Assembly: GCA_029288895.1 (NCBI GenBank)
Contig: JARIGK010000001.1
Coordinates: 1,446 to 65,445, forward strand
Length of the DNA: 64,000 bases
DNA from: Candidatus Adlerbacteria bacterium
GTDB lineage: Bacteria; Patescibacteriota; Minisyncoccia; Phycocordibacterales; SBAW01
Reading direction: 5' to 3'
A program made the position numbers and the translations under genes. The notes below the pieces were generated by a model that was not told where the DNA came from, ran no database searches, and saw only the letters and a program-made list of their open reading frames with translations. How positions within the stretch are numbered: the first letter of the stretch is position 1; each line of letters starts with the position of its first letter. Shown here one piece after another: positions 17,601 to 27,779 of the stretch.

Positions 17601-18703
17601 TTTGTATTGCCACACCGCTCTATGCGCCGCAAATCGGCGGCCCTGCGACTCATGTCGCATTGCTTGAGCATGAACTTCCAAAAGAGGAGTTTGAACTGCG
17701 TATCGTGAAGTTTTCTGATGTGTTGCGCTTGCCCAAAGCACTTCGCCATATCGTGTACTTTTTTTCTGTACTTCATCATGCAAAAGATGCAGATTTCGTC
17801 TATGCGCTTGACCCGGTGAGCGTGGGGTTGCCCGCGTTGTTGGCAGCACGCGTGCGCGGCAAAAAAATGCTGCTGCGCGTTGGCGGCGACTACGCATGGG
17901 AGCAGGGGACGCAGCGCTTTGGTGTGGAAGAAACGCTTGATGAGTTTGTGACGCATCGACAGTCTTCACGCAGCGTCCGCCTTTTGCAATGGGTACAGAA
18001 TTTTGTTGCGCGCCGCGCCGCGCTTGTAATCGCACCAAGCGAATATTTGAGCGGCATAATACGAACGTGGGGAGTACACCAGAAAAACATTCGCGTTGTC
18101 TATAGCCAGCCAGAACTTTCTGCGGCGCACATCTCGCGCAGCGAAGCGCGCAAGAAACTAAATATTCACGAAGACGAAGAGCTCGTACTGTCGGCCGGGC
18201 GCCTCGTGCCGTGGAAAGGCTACGAAGGCCTTATCGATGCCGTGGCATTGGTGCGGCAGGAGCGTGCAGCGCGCCTCTATATCGCAGGCGATGGCCCGTA
18301 TCGAGCCGCTGTGGAGGCGCATATCAACAAACAGAATGCTGCTGAGTATGTCACATTGCTTGGGCAGCTGCCGCAGCAAGAATTGGCGCTGTGGATTGCA
18401 GCCGCTGATATGTTTGTGCTTAACACGCGCTACGAAGGGCTCTCGCACGTATTGCTCGAGGCGTTTGCCGTGGGCACACCCGTTATTACTACGCCAGTGG
18501 GCGGCAACCACGAGCTTGTGGAGGATGGTTCGACCGGCCTGCTTGTACGCTACAACGATATTCCGCTGCTCGCATCTGCTATACTTCGCCTGTTCAAGAA
18601 TAGAGATATGGCAATCGCCCTCGCGGGCCGTGCCCATGAATCGCTCGAGAAATTTTCTCCCGAGCGCGCGATAGGGCAGCTTCGTTCAATTTTCTTATCA
18701 TGA
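17588..18703 (+). CDS. glycosyltransferase family 4
   Basis: EGLSHVLLEAFAVGTPVITTPVGGNHELV GT4 motif. It overlaps the upstream gene by 13 nt. Confidence 0.8.
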   Translation: MAKVICIATPLYAPQIGGPATHVALLEHELPKEEFELRIVKFSDVLRLPKALRHIVYFFSVLHHAKDADFVYALDPVSVGLPALLAARVRGKKMLLRVGGDYAWEQGTQRFGVEETLDEFVTHRQSSRSVRLLQWVQNFVARRAALVIAPSEYLSGIIRTWGVHQKNIRVVYSQPELSAAHISRSEARKKLNIHEDEELVLSAGRLVPWKGYEGLIDAVALVRQERAARLYIAGDGPYRAAVEAHINKQNAAEYVTLLGQLPQQELALWIAAADMFVLNTRYEGLSHVLLEAFAVGTPVITTPVGGNHELVEDGSTGLLVRYNDIPLLASAILRLFKNRDMAIALAGRAHESLEKFSPERAIGQLRSIFLS

Positions 18704-19581
18704 AGGTATTGATGATCACAGGGGATGCTCGTTTTGGGCCCGGTAACCCGCGCTTTGACCTACAAAAATCAGCAGTAGGCCAGCTCTCCGTGTTGTATTG
18801 GGGCCGAGGCAATATACTCCCGCGCATCCCGCACGGTGTGTTTGATATTGTCACCGCACAAGACCCGTTTATGCGCGGACACTTAGCGTGGCATATTGCA
18901 CTGTTAAAAGATGCCCGCCTCAACATTCAGGTCCATACCGATTTGGATGCGCAGCCGTGGTGGAAGCGCCTCTTCGCTGCGTTCCAGTTGCGTCGTGCAC
19001 ACTCGGTGCGTGTTGTGTCAGAAAAAATAAAACAGCAAGTACTTGCACTGGCGCCGCATGCGAAGGTGTCGGTGCTGCCAGTGTTTATTGATACAGAGTC
19101 GTTCGCGCGCATGGCACACGTGGAAGATACAGAAAAGGTGGTGCTGTGGGTGGGCCGGTTCGAATCAGAAAAAGATCCGCTTGCGGCGCTCGACGTGATG
19201 CAGGATGTCAAAGGCGCAAAGCTTGTCATGTTGGGTGCAGGAAGTTTGGAGCAGCCGCTGCGGGCGGCGTCACGTGGGATGGCTGTCGAATTTGCGCCAT
19301 GGCAAGACCCAAAGCCTTTTTTGGCCAAGGCTGATGTTGTGCTCTCTACGTCACGCCACGAGAGTTATGGTGCATCTATTATCGAGGCGCTCGCGGCAGG
19401 CGTACCTGTAGTGGCGCCCGACGTTGGTGTTGCAAAAGAAGCGGGGGCACACGTCGTGCCGCGCAACCAATTGGCGCGAGGCGTAGTTTCATTGCTTGAG
19501 AGCGGCGAACGCGGCCATTTATTACTTGATATGCCTACTGCTGAAGAATGGAAACAACAATGGCTCGAAACCCTTCGTTAA
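18700..19581 (+). CDS. glycosyltransferase (GT4-like C-terminal domain)
   Basis: RHESYGASIIEALAAGVPVVAPDVG motif. ATGA overlap with the upstream gene. Confidence 0.65.
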   Translation: MKVLMITGDARFGPGNPRFDLQKSAVGQLSVLYWGRGNILPRIPHGVFDIVTAQDPFMRGHLAWHIALLKDARLNIQVHTDLDAQPWWKRLFAAFQLRRAHSVRVVSEKIKQQVLALAPHAKVSVLPVFIDTESFARMAHVEDTEKVVLWVGRFESEKDPLAALDVMQDVKGAKLVMLGAGSLEQPLRAASRGMAVEFAPWQDPKPFLAKADVVLSTSRHESYGASIIEALAAGVPVVAPDVGVAKEAGAHVVPRNQLARGVVSLLESGERGHLLLDMPTAEEWKQQWLETLR

Positions 19582-20570
19582 CAAAACGTACAGGGCCCGT
19601 GCTTGTAACCGGCGCTGCTGGTTTTATTGGCTATTCTGTATGCGACGCGCTCCTTCAGCGCGGGGAGCGCGTTATTGGGTTTGACGCGCTTACTCCCTAC
19701 AACGACCCGGCGCTCAAAAAGAAGCGTTTGAGTTTTTTGCAGGCGCACAAGAATTTTTCTTTTGTAAAAGGAGATCTTTCAAAAAGTGACACATTCCTTT
19801 CGCTCGTGAAAAAAGAAAAACCGCGCGCCATCATCCACTTGGCCGCGCAGGCAGGAGTCCGGTATAGCCAAGAAAATCCGCAGTCGTATATAGATTCCAA
19901 TATCACAGGGAGTCTTGCTGTATTTGAAGCCGCGCGGTTATTTGGCACACCAATCGTATACGCATCGTCGAGCTCAGTGTATGGCGACCGCGGAGGCGTG
20001 TTTAGAGAAACGGACAGAACGGATTCGCAGTCATCGCTCTACGCTGCCACGAAAAAAAGTACAGAGATTATTGCCGAAAATTATTACAACCTCTACCGTA
20101 TACCGCTTGTGGGGTTGCGCTTCTTTACCGTATATGGCCCATGGATGCGCACAGACTTGGCGATGTTTTCGTTTGCGCGCAAATTGCTGCTTGGCAAGGA
20201 AATACCATTGTTTGCCAATGGAAAGGGTAAGCGCAGCTATACGCACATATCGTTTGTAGTGGAAGGAGTACTTCGTGCGCTCGACCGCATGAAAGGAGGG
20301 CATACTATATATAACCTCGGTGAGGAGCGCACAGTCGAAACAAACCGCATGCTCGCATTGCTTTCAAAAGAATTCGGTGTAGCTGCAAAAACAAAACTTC
20401 TGCCGCCGCAAAAAGGTGATGTGATGATGACGCGTGCGTCAGGTGCAAAAGCAAAACGTGAGCTCGGGGTTTCATCAAAGATGCAACTTGAGCAAGGCGT
20501 TAAAGAATTTGCCATGTGGTTCCGTGAGAATGAGAAATTCTTACTCTCACTCAAGGATATGCACAGCTAG
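19548..20570 (+). CDS. NAD-dependent nucleotide-sugar epimerase (UDP-glucuronate/UDP-GlcNAc 4-epimerase-like, extended SDR)
   Basis: VTGAAGFIGYSVCDALLQRG Rossmann motif, YAATKKSTE catalytic YxxxK, and a C-terminal epimerase-type region. Confidence 0.85.
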   Translation: METTMARNPSLTKRTGPVLVTGAAGFIGYSVCDALLQRGERVIGFDALTPYNDPALKKKRLSFLQAHKNFSFVKGDLSKSDTFLSLVKKEKPRAIIHLAAQAGVRYSQENPQSYIDSNITGSLAVFEAARLFGTPIVYASSSSVYGDRGGVFRETDRTDSQSSLYAATKKSTEIIAENYYNLYRIPLVGLRFFTVYGPWMRTDLAMFSFARKLLLGKEIPLFANGKGKRSYTHISFVVEGVLRALDRMKGGHTIYNLGEERTVETNRMLALLSKEFGVAAKTKLLPPQKGDVMMTRASGAKAKRELGVSSKMQLEQGVKEFAMWFRENEKFLLSLKDMHS

Positions 20571-20571
20571 T

Positions 20572-21459
20572 ATGAAATTACTGATTTGCACGCAAGCTGT
20601 TGACCTTAATGACCCGATTCTCGGATTCTTTGTGCGATGGTTGGAAGAATTTGCAAAGCACTGCGAAACAGTAGACGTTATCTGTTTGCGAAAAGGAGAG
20701 TACGCGCTTCCACAAAACGTATCAGTGCACTCGCTCGGCACAGGCGGCAAACTTCCCCGTGCAATTCGTCTTTTGAGCCTTTCGGCAAAACTTCGCAATC
20801 ACTATACCCATGTGTTTGTACATATGAACCCCGAGTATCTCGTCGCTGCTGGCTGGTACTGGCGCCTCCGAGAGAAGAAGACAGCGTTATGGTACACGCA
20901 CAAAAACGTTGATACTAAACTTCGTATTGCAGAAAAATTCGCGGATGTAATTTTTACGGCATCGAAAGAAAGTTTTAGATTACCAAGTAAAAAAGTGCAG
21001 GTTGTAGGCCATGGCATTGATACGGAATTTTTCTGCCCCGACGCATCGGTGGCTCGCGAAGCGTGGGTACTTTCTGTCGGCCGACTAACCAAGAGCAAGC
21101 GCCACGATTTGGCGATAGAACATGCGCATAATGCTGGCAAAGAACTCCGTATTGCAGGCGATGGTCCGGAGCGCTCAGCGCTCGAAGTCTATGCACAAAC
21201 GCTGGGTGCTCAGGTGCAATTTTTGGGTGGCTTGAATCAAGTGCAGTTGCGCGATCTGTATCGGAAGGCGTCGTACATGATCCATACAAGTGAGACGGGG
21301 AGCTTGGACAAAGTGACGCTTGAGGCTGTGGCGTGCGGCTGCCCCATACGAACCAATGATCCGGCGCTCAAGTTTTTGGAAAAGGAAACACCCGAGTATG
21401 TGCAAACAAACCATTCGCTCGAACGCCTCATCCCTCGTATACTTTCGTTACTCGTATGA
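20572..21459 (+). CDS. glycosyltransferase family 4
   Basis: The start was moved to the ATG immediately after the epimerase stop (MKLLICTQAVDL...). GT4-like C-terminal ETGSLDKVTLEAVACGCP. Confidence 0.7.
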   Translation: MKLLICTQAVDLNDPILGFFVRWLEEFAKHCETVDVICLRKGEYALPQNVSVHSLGTGGKLPRAIRLLSLSAKLRNHYTHVFVHMNPEYLVAAGWYWRLREKKTALWYTHKNVDTKLRIAEKFADVIFTASKESFRLPSKKVQVVGHGIDTEFFCPDASVAREAWVLSVGRLTKSKRHDLAIEHAHNAGKELRIAGDGPERSALEVYAQTLGAQVQFLGGLNQVQLRDLYRKASYMIHTSETGSLDKVTLEAVACGCPIRTNDPALKFLEKETPEYVQTNHSLERLIPRILSLLV

Positions 21460-22085
21460 CCTACGCGCCTCAAGTCGATAGACGTCATTATGAAGGTTCG
21501 GCATATCGCTCAAGCGAGCGGTGGATGTCGTACTGGCATCAGCTTGAGCTTGTCCGTGCACAAAAGCCAGCCTCAGTACTCGAGGTTGGGGTAGGTGAAG
21601 GTGTGGTTGCGGAGCGCCTCAAGGCCGATGGCGCTGCAGTAACAACAATCGACATTGCAGAAGATCTGCATCCGGACGTTGTTGGGTCTGTCACCGCGAT
21701 GCCATTTGGCGACAATTCGTTCGACCTTGTGCTTGCTGCTGAAATTTTGGAACATATCGAGTGGAAGGATGTACCGCAGGCGCTATCGGAAATTGCACGC
21801 GTGTCCAAATCGCACGCAGTCATTTCCATCCCGCACCCAGGCTGGGTATTTTCTGCTATCGTCAAAATTCCTCTGTTTTCACGATTCGAACTGTTTTTCC
21901 AAATCCCATTTTTCTGGAAGAGCCACGAATTTAATGGCGAGCACTATTGGGAGCTGGGCAAAAATGGATACCAAATAAAAGAGTTCTTGAAGCGAGCCCA
22001 TGCCGCAGGCCTAGAGCTTGTTGTCTATAAAAAACATGCAGATGACCCGGCGCACCGGTTTTTTGTATTCGAGAAACGCGCATGA
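21456..22085 (+). CDS. class I SAM-dependent methyltransferase
   Basis: VLEVGVGEGVVAERL motif I and FDLVLAAEILEHI. Confidence 0.8.
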   Translation: MTYAPQVDRRHYEGSAYRSSERWMSYWHQLELVRAQKPASVLEVGVGEGVVAERLKADGAAVTTIDIAEDLHPDVVGSVTAMPFGDNSFDLVLAAEILEHIEWKDVPQALSEIARVSKSHAVISIPHPGWVFSAIVKIPLFSRFELFFQIPFFWKSHEFNGEHYWELGKNGYQIKEFLKRAHAAGLELVVYKKHADDPAHRFFVFEKRA

Positions 22086-23179
22086 AGATAGCCTACGTCG
22101 CAAATATCCGGTTTCCCACAGAGAAAGCGCACGGCATCCAAATTGCGAAAGCGTGCGAGGCACTCGCAAAAGCGGGGGAGGAAGTTGTGCTGCTCGTGCC
22201 GTCGCGGCACACTGATATACAGGAGCCTGCACTGCAGTACTACGGCATTAAAGAGTCGTTCCGTATCCAGTATGTTGCATCGGCTGACACGGCCTCGTGG
22301 GGCAAGCTTGGGTTTTGGCTACAGTCGCTATTGTTTGCGCTTTCTGTGCGTGTACATCTGCGCGATATAGAACCAGACGTCGTCTACGGGCGCGACGAAC
22401 TTGTGCTCTCCATACTTTCTCTGTGTGGCGTCACAAAAATTTTCTGGGAATCGCACGACGGCACCTGGAACATCGCATCCCGTTACATCGCAAAGCGTAT
22501 GGAAGGTGTGGTCGTTGTGTCTCGAGGCTTGAAAGCGCTGTACGAGCGTTTGGGTATTGCAGCAGAAAACATTTGCGCTGTGCCAAACGGCATCGACATG
22601 GCCGCATTCTCTGCGGTGGAAACAAAAGAGATCGCTCGCGAGAGGCTCCATCTTCCGCAGGATAAAAAAATTGCACTCTACATTGGCCGGCTCGATGGGT
22701 GGAAGGGGAGCGAGACGCTTCTTGAAGCGTCTAGGTTTCTTCCCGAAGATTTTTCTGTCGCCATAATTGGCGGCGAACTTGCGCAGATAGAAACACTCAA
22801 GAAAAAATATCCGGGCGTGCTGTTCTTGGGCTATAGGCCCTACAGCGAGCTCGCTAACAACCAAGCCGCAGCAGATGTCCTAGTGGTGCCAAACACTGCC
22901 AAAGACAAAGTCTCTGTTAGCTATACGTCGCCGCTCAAACTTATTGCACACATGGCGTCGCACAGGCCTATCGTCGCCTCCGACCTCCCAAGTATCCGCG
23001 AATTGGTCGACGACACATCCGCTGTCCTTGTTGCCCCAGACAGCCCACAGGCGCTTGCCGATGGCATACAGAAGGCCTATGGCAATACAGAGGTCGCTGA
23101 AGCGGCCTTTCAGAGGGCAGCGTCCCTCGACTGGCAGGCCCGAGCAAAAACTATTCTTTCGTTCCTTGCTTCGAAATAA
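22082..23179 (+). CDS. glycosyltransferase family 4
   Basis: N-terminal MKIAYVANIRFPTEKAHGIQI and GT4 architecture. Confidence 0.8.
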   Translation: MKIAYVANIRFPTEKAHGIQIAKACEALAKAGEEVVLLVPSRHTDIQEPALQYYGIKESFRIQYVASADTASWGKLGFWLQSLLFALSVRVHLRDIEPDVVYGRDELVLSILSLCGVTKIFWESHDGTWNIASRYIAKRMEGVVVVSRGLKALYERLGIAAENICAVPNGIDMAAFSAVETKEIARERLHLPQDKKIALYIGRLDGWKGSETLLEASRFLPEDFSVAIIGGELAQIETLKKKYPGVLFLGYRPYSELANNQAAADVLVVPNTAKDKVSVSYTSPLKLIAHMASHRPIVASDLPSIRELVDDTSAVLVAPDSPQALADGIQKAYGNTEVAEAAFQRAASLDWQARAKTILSFLASK

Positions 23180-23182
23180 TAC

Positions 23183-24097
23183 CTACCATGGGTAGATAGT
23201 GCGGAAGGGGTTACGCTTCCAGCGCTTGAGCGAATGCATATCTTTGTACCCAATCGCATTCTGCGAGAAGTGATTCAAGACAGGAATGTAGGTATATATA
23301 CGGTCAGGAATATTACGAAGGAGAGGTTTGAAATATCGTAATAGTGTATACAACTCAGCGTAGACAAGTTCTTTCTTTGAAACGTGTGCGCGTAACCATG
23401 CACGGTACTGCGCAGCGCTGTCGTAGTACTGCTTTGGATTTTTAACGCCGTTTGCGCTTGGTGTTTTTCTATACGCACCAAGCACTGTGTTTACGTGCCA
23501 CATGCGGGCGCCTGCAGCAAAGAAGTGGCACCAAAGCCCATAGTCTGCAGCCCAGCCAAGGCCGTAGTCCCATTTGCCTCCGGCGCGTTCAAACAAACTG
23601 CGGCGCCAAAAAGTTGATTCTGCCTGTACATTCCATGGCACATGGATGAGGTGTTCGTGCAGGTCTTTTCGCACGGGCGCGATTGAAATAATTTCACCGG
23701 TTTCGTTTACAACCGTTGTGATGCCACTGATCCATTCGACGTCTTTGTACTCTGCAAAAATGCGGCCAATAGTAAAGAGACTGCCTGGCAGCAACAGGCC
23801 TTTGTCGGTGATGTGCCCAACGATTTCGCCTTTTGCTTTTGAGAATCCATACTCAAGTTGCGGCTGGGCAGAGGTCGCGTGGATATTCATATTCTCGTAA
23901 TACCCCAGCTTGTCTTTATAGCTTTCGATAATCCCCCAACTTCCATCAGTCGATGCGTCATCAATGACCACCAAATCAATGTTCGGGTATCCTTGCGACA
24001 GCACAGATTCGATCGCTTGGCGTATAAACGGCGCTCGATTGTGGGAGGGGATTACGATTGAAATTGTTGGCAGGGGCTCCATATTACTGTTTTCCAT
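23183..24097 (-). CDS. glycosyltransferase family 2
   Basis: ISIVIPSHNRAPFIRQAIESVLSQGYPNIDLVVIDDASTDGS (GT2 DxD region). Confidence 0.85.
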   Translation of the reverse strand: MENSNMEPLPTISIVIPSHNRAPFIRQAIESVLSQGYPNIDLVVIDDASTDGSWGIIESYKDKLGYYENMNIHATSAQPQLEYGFSKAKGEIVGHITDKGLLLPGSLFTIGRIFAEYKDVEWISGITTVVNETGEIISIAPVRKDLHEHLIHVPWNVQAESTFWRRSLFERAGGKWDYGLGWAADYGLWCHFFAAGARMWHVNTVLGAYRKTPSANGVKNPKQYYDSAAQYRAWLRAHVSKKELVYAELYTLLRYFKPLLRNIPDRIYTYIPVLNHFSQNAIGYKDMHSLKRWKRNPFRTIYPW

Positions 24098-25109
24098 ATA
24101 GTACCGCTTTTATAAGTATCTGGGACACAACTTCGTGCCCGAAGGGTGTTAGGTGTGGGTCGCCTGGCCAGTGAACCGGTGCCGTTGAGCTTGCTGCGTT
24201 AAGTGCGGGCGCCACATCGACCAGAGCTATATTATTCACGCGTGCAAAAGTTTGGAGCGGCACAATGGATGCAGCCTTGAGTGTAGGGAAATTGACGATC
24301 ACCAGGTGCGATTTGTCTGCGTGGGTGTCATGTGCAAGCTGCGAAATAAGTGCGCCTGTTAAGCGCCAGGCGTTCTCTGTGCTCGATGGCGCTTCCTCTG
24401 CTGCCCCAAGTTTCGCCCCAGCAACGCTATTTGCATGGATAAAAAGAATATGGCGTATAAGTTCTGAGTGATCTTTTAAGAAATAGAGAATGCCCGGATA
24501 GAGCGTGGCGCGGTCCGCGAGCCTTTGTGAAATATGAGTTTTGTAACTTTCATCGAGCGATAGAGTTCCGTCTTTGAGTGCAAATGTTGGTGTAAATTGA
24601 TCTTGTCGGAACGCATTGTCGGAAAGGTCGTCGGTGTTGAACCCAAGCACAACCACGTCTGGGTGGTACTGTCTTCCAAAACATTCGTACGCTCGGAGTT
24701 CTTGGCCAGTGCTCCAGCTCGAGACACTCATGCTCATTATTTCAACATTGAGATGTTTTTCGTCTGCCTCTTTTTGGAGACGGCGCCAGAAAATATCTTC
24801 AAACGGTACTTGCAATGCTTCTGTGTACGAGTCGCCTAAAAAGAGTACGCGATAGATGCCGGCTGGTTTTGTTTGCTCGTGTTCAACATCGCGGAAGCCG
24901 ATTGAATTGATCGAGACAGGGATGCGGCCCATTGGCCCACCAGCGTAGCCGCGGGCGTCTGGGATGCCTTTGTATCCTACGCAGGAATCCAGAGTTATAA
25001 GAGGTGCTGGGTTCAAATGAAGCACGCGCGCACCCAATTCCCCAAACACAAAAACAAGAATGCATACGCCAAGCGCAAATACAGCCGTTCGCATATATTC
25101 GCGCTTCAT
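24084..25109 (-). CDS. SGNH/GDSL-family hydrolase, membrane-anchored (AlgX/AlgJ/DltD-like)
   Basis: N-terminal TM helix. VLFLGDSYTE GDS(L/Y) block; no other motif assigned. Confidence 0.6.
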   Translation of the reverse strand: MKREYMRTAVFALGVCILVFVFGELGARVLHLNPAPLITLDSCVGYKGIPDARGYAGGPMGRIPVSINSIGFRDVEHEQTKPAGIYRVLFLGDSYTEALQVPFEDIFWRRLQKEADEKHLNVEIMSMSVSSWSTGQELRAYECFGRQYHPDVVVLGFNTDDLSDNAFRQDQFTPTFALKDGTLSLDESYKTHISQRLADRATLYPGILYFLKDHSELIRHILFIHANSVAGAKLGAAEEAPSSTENAWRLTGALISQLAHDTHADKSHLVIVNFPTLKAASIVPLQTFARVNNIALVDVAPALNAASSTAPVHWPGDPHLTPFGHEVVSQILIKAVLYGKQ

Positions 25110-25121
25110 GTTGGGGCTATT

Positions 25122-26198
25122 ATGCCCTACAATACCCCCATGTTAAAGGTTGGGTATCTCTTCACGGGTTGGCGTACGCCCCACCTAGAAAAGGTCAAAC
25201 AGGGCCTAGAACAGGGGAATGGTTTTTGGGGGATGCTTCGGCTTCACTCCTTTAATGTCGACGCTTCACACATCGAATTAGAGCAATTCTATCCGATGTT
25301 CTTGGCACGATTTTTACGCAAACACCTCAGTGTGAATTGGGTGCATTTGCCCACATACCTAGCATTTTTTAGGTACGATATTATTTTCTCATCGACTGGG
25401 TACGGAACGCAGCTCGTACATACCTTGCTTCATATCAAGAGGCCGAAATGGGTCATGCACGACTTTAGCATCATGGGCACCATAGGGAATGAACAGACAT
25501 TCAAACAGAAGCTCTATGCGTGGATGGTTGCGCGCTGTGCGGGCATCGTCACTATTAGCAAAAAAGAAAAGCAACTTTTGGAAGAGAAATTTCCGAATTT
25601 GCGCGGCCGTGTCGAATTTATTCCCTATGGTGTCGATCTTGATTATTTCAAGCCGTCAGGCGCACTCGGCGAAGGTGCGATCTTTTCACCGGGCCGTGAC
25701 CCCGACCGTGATTTAAAACTTTTGTTTCAGGCAACAGAAGGGTTAGGTAAAGAAGTGATCATTACGACGCGTGAATCGCGTTTGGAAGCGCTTAAGCCTC
25801 TACCTGCGCACGTTGTACACAAGACATTCTCTGTGCCGGAACTAAAAGCTGCATATGATGATGCATCTGTTGTTGTTATACCGCTCGACACATCCTCAGG
25901 GCTCAACAATGAAATGGGTATCTCCGCGGTGTATGAAGCGCTGTCGATGGGTAAGGCTATTGTTGCCTCGCGCTCGCAGGGCATGGAAGCCTATATCGAA
26001 GAGGGCGTAAACGGTTTGCTCGTGCCGCAGCACGACGAGGCCGCTATGCGGCAAGCTATTTCACGCCTGCTGAATGACAAAGAGTTGCGCGAACGCTTGG
26101 GCAAAAACGCACGCGTGTTTGTAGAAGAGCATTTAAATCCTGATAGATGCACAGAGCGTCTCGCACAATTTTTCCAAAAAATTAGCGAACAAAAATAG
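25122..26198 (+). CDS. glycosyltransferase family 4-like
   Basis: C-terminal GISAVYEALSMGKAIVASRSQGMEAYIEEGVNGLL motif. The start was chosen downstream of the overlapping minus-strand gene. Confidence 0.65.
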   Translation: MPYNTPMLKVGYLFTGWRTPHLEKVKQGLEQGNGFWGMLRLHSFNVDASHIELEQFYPMFLARFLRKHLSVNWVHLPTYLAFFRYDIIFSSTGYGTQLVHTLLHIKRPKWVMHDFSIMGTIGNEQTFKQKLYAWMVARCAGIVTISKKEKQLLEEKFPNLRGRVEFIPYGVDLDYFKPSGALGEGAIFSPGRDPDRDLKLLFQATEGLGKEVIITTRESRLEALKPLPAHVVHKTFSVPELKAAYDDASVVVIPLDTSSGLNNEMGISAVYEALSMGKAIVASRSQGMEAYIEEGVNGLLVPQHDEAAMRQAISRLLNDKELRERLGKNARVFVEEHLNPDRCTERLAQFFQKISEQK

Positions 26199-26871
26199 AG
26201 TCCTGATAGAGCAGTTCACCGTTTTTTGGGTTGCGGTGTTCACTTGCCGCACCGCGGTACAAAAAGCCCAGGGCTTTCAATTGGTCGTGGATGTCGCCAA
26301 AGAGCGGCTGGCCTTCGTATAGTTCAACAAACGATGTTTCGATAAGAACGAGCGATGCGCGTTTGAATGTCTCTGTGCCTCCGCGAATGACAGCGTCTTC
26401 AAATCCTTGCACATCAATTTTGATCATCATATTTCCATGGATATGTGCGTCTCTCATAACCTCATCGAGGCGCGCTACCGTAATAGTTTCTTTCTGCATC
26501 CCTGCAGTTTTAGGGTAGAGATCCTTATGGAGTTTTGCCATCGTACGAAGTGATGATGAGGGGTGGAAGCTGCTACGCTGCATCTCCATTTCACCTGCGC
26601 TGTCGCCAAGCGCGACCTGCATCGCGTGCATGTGCGGATTGTTAATAAATGCGTTTTTGAGTGTGGCAAAGCAGTCGGGGAGTGGCTCGAATGCGTACAC
26701 CTCGGCATCGGGTAGATGGGCGAATATTTCTTTTGAGAACTCACCGTTGTTAGCGCCAATGTCCAGTACGGTTTTGATATGCATCGGCAGTACAGCTGTA
26801 TCCCAAAACGAATAGTAGCGGCGTACATCATAGCCATACTTCCGCAAGAATTGTTTTACGCGCATCAACAT
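26182..26871 (-). CDS. FkbM-family methyltransferase
   Basis: VLDIGANNGEFS...EVYAFEPLP FkbM signature. Confidence 0.8.
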   Translation of the reverse strand: MLMRVKQFLRKYGYDVRRYYSFWDTAVLPMHIKTVLDIGANNGEFSKEIFAHLPDAEVYAFEPLPDCFATLKNAFINNPHMHAMQVALGDSAGEMEMQRSSFHPSSSLRTMAKLHKDLYPKTAGMQKETITVARLDEVMRDAHIHGNMMIKIDVQGFEDAVIRGGTETFKRASLVLIETSFVELYEGQPLFGDIHDQLKALGFLYRGAASEHRNPKNGELLYQDSIFVR

Positions 26872-26873
26872 AC

Positions 26874-27779
26874 TTATCGAATATAAAACGTTTTCATATT
26901 TTTTTGAACAACGCAGCCTTCTTCAATAGTGAGGTATGGGCGCGGCGTGAATGGGAAGAGAAATGGATACAGAGCTTCGAGGATTTTTTGCACACCGCGT
27001 GATGTATGGAAGTATGGCCAGAAAAAGAGGCGTGGAATCCATGCGCCTAAAGGGCGCGGACCGCGTGCTTGCTTCTTTTGGGCAAGAAGTCGGTCGGCAT
27101 TGACGCGGCTGTCTTGGCCGGCGCGTTTGCGGAAGCAGCTAAGCGGCGCGTCGATGCTCGTGAGTTCTGCATACTTTGCCATCTGCGGCCACAGCCAATA
27201 GTCGCCTGAGCTTTTAAAGTAGGCAGGAAAAGGGCCAGCCTTCTTCCAGACCTCGGGCCGCCAAAAGACGCTGTCCTGCTCGACATGATATGCCTCCATG
27301 CCGTATACGCCCATTTTGAGCCAATCGCGACGGTATGTGCGGCACTGGCCGCTCACGAGCTTATTGCCTTTTTCGTCTATTACCGAGGTGATGCCTTTGA
27401 GCCAGAGCACATCTGGGCGAGCTTTGAAGGTGCGGGCTACTACATCGAATGCGCCTGGCTCATAAATGTCGTCGCCCGCGATCCAGGCACAGATGTCGCC
27501 CGTCGTTGCATCAAATCCTTTGTTAAGTGCGACATACATGCCTTCTGCTATTTCAGGTTCGATCACGCGCATCGAAATGTTGTTACACTTCGGTTTGTAT
27601 TCGCCTGACGCAACGCGTGCGGCATAGTCTTTCGCAACTGCCACTGTGCTGTCCTTTGATGCGTCTGCGACGACAATATATTCAATAGAAAAATCTCCGG
27701 CCTGTGACAAGACGCTCTCAATAGTTGTGGGGAGCCATTCGGCAACTTCCCACGCTGGCGTGACGATAGAGAATTTCAT
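26874..27779 (-). CDS. glycosyltransferase family 2
   Basis: FSIVTPAWEVAEWLPTTIESVLSQAG...YIVVADASKDST. Confidence 0.8.
   Translation of the reverse strand: MKFSIVTPAWEVAEWLPTTIESVLSQAGDFSIEYIVVADASKDSTVAVAKDYAARVASGEYKPKCNNISMRVIEPEIAEGMYVALNKGFDATTGDICAWIAGDDIYEPGAFDVVARTFKARPDVLWLKGITSVIDEKGNKLVSGQCRTYRRDWLKMGVYGMEAYHVEQDSVFWRPEVWKKAGPFPAYFKSSGDYWLWPQMAKYAELTSIDAPLSCFRKRAGQDSRVNADRLLAQKKQARGPRPLGAWIPRLFFWPYFHTSRGVQKILEALYPFLFPFTPRPYLTIEEGCVVQKNMKTFYIR

Noticed and set aside
16824-17956. Antisense ORFs 16856..17956 (-) 366 aa and 16824..17468 (-) 214 aa
   Set aside because: They sit opposite two GT4 glycosyltransferase genes that have clear motifs. They have no recognisable domains and a Cys/Arg-rich composition.
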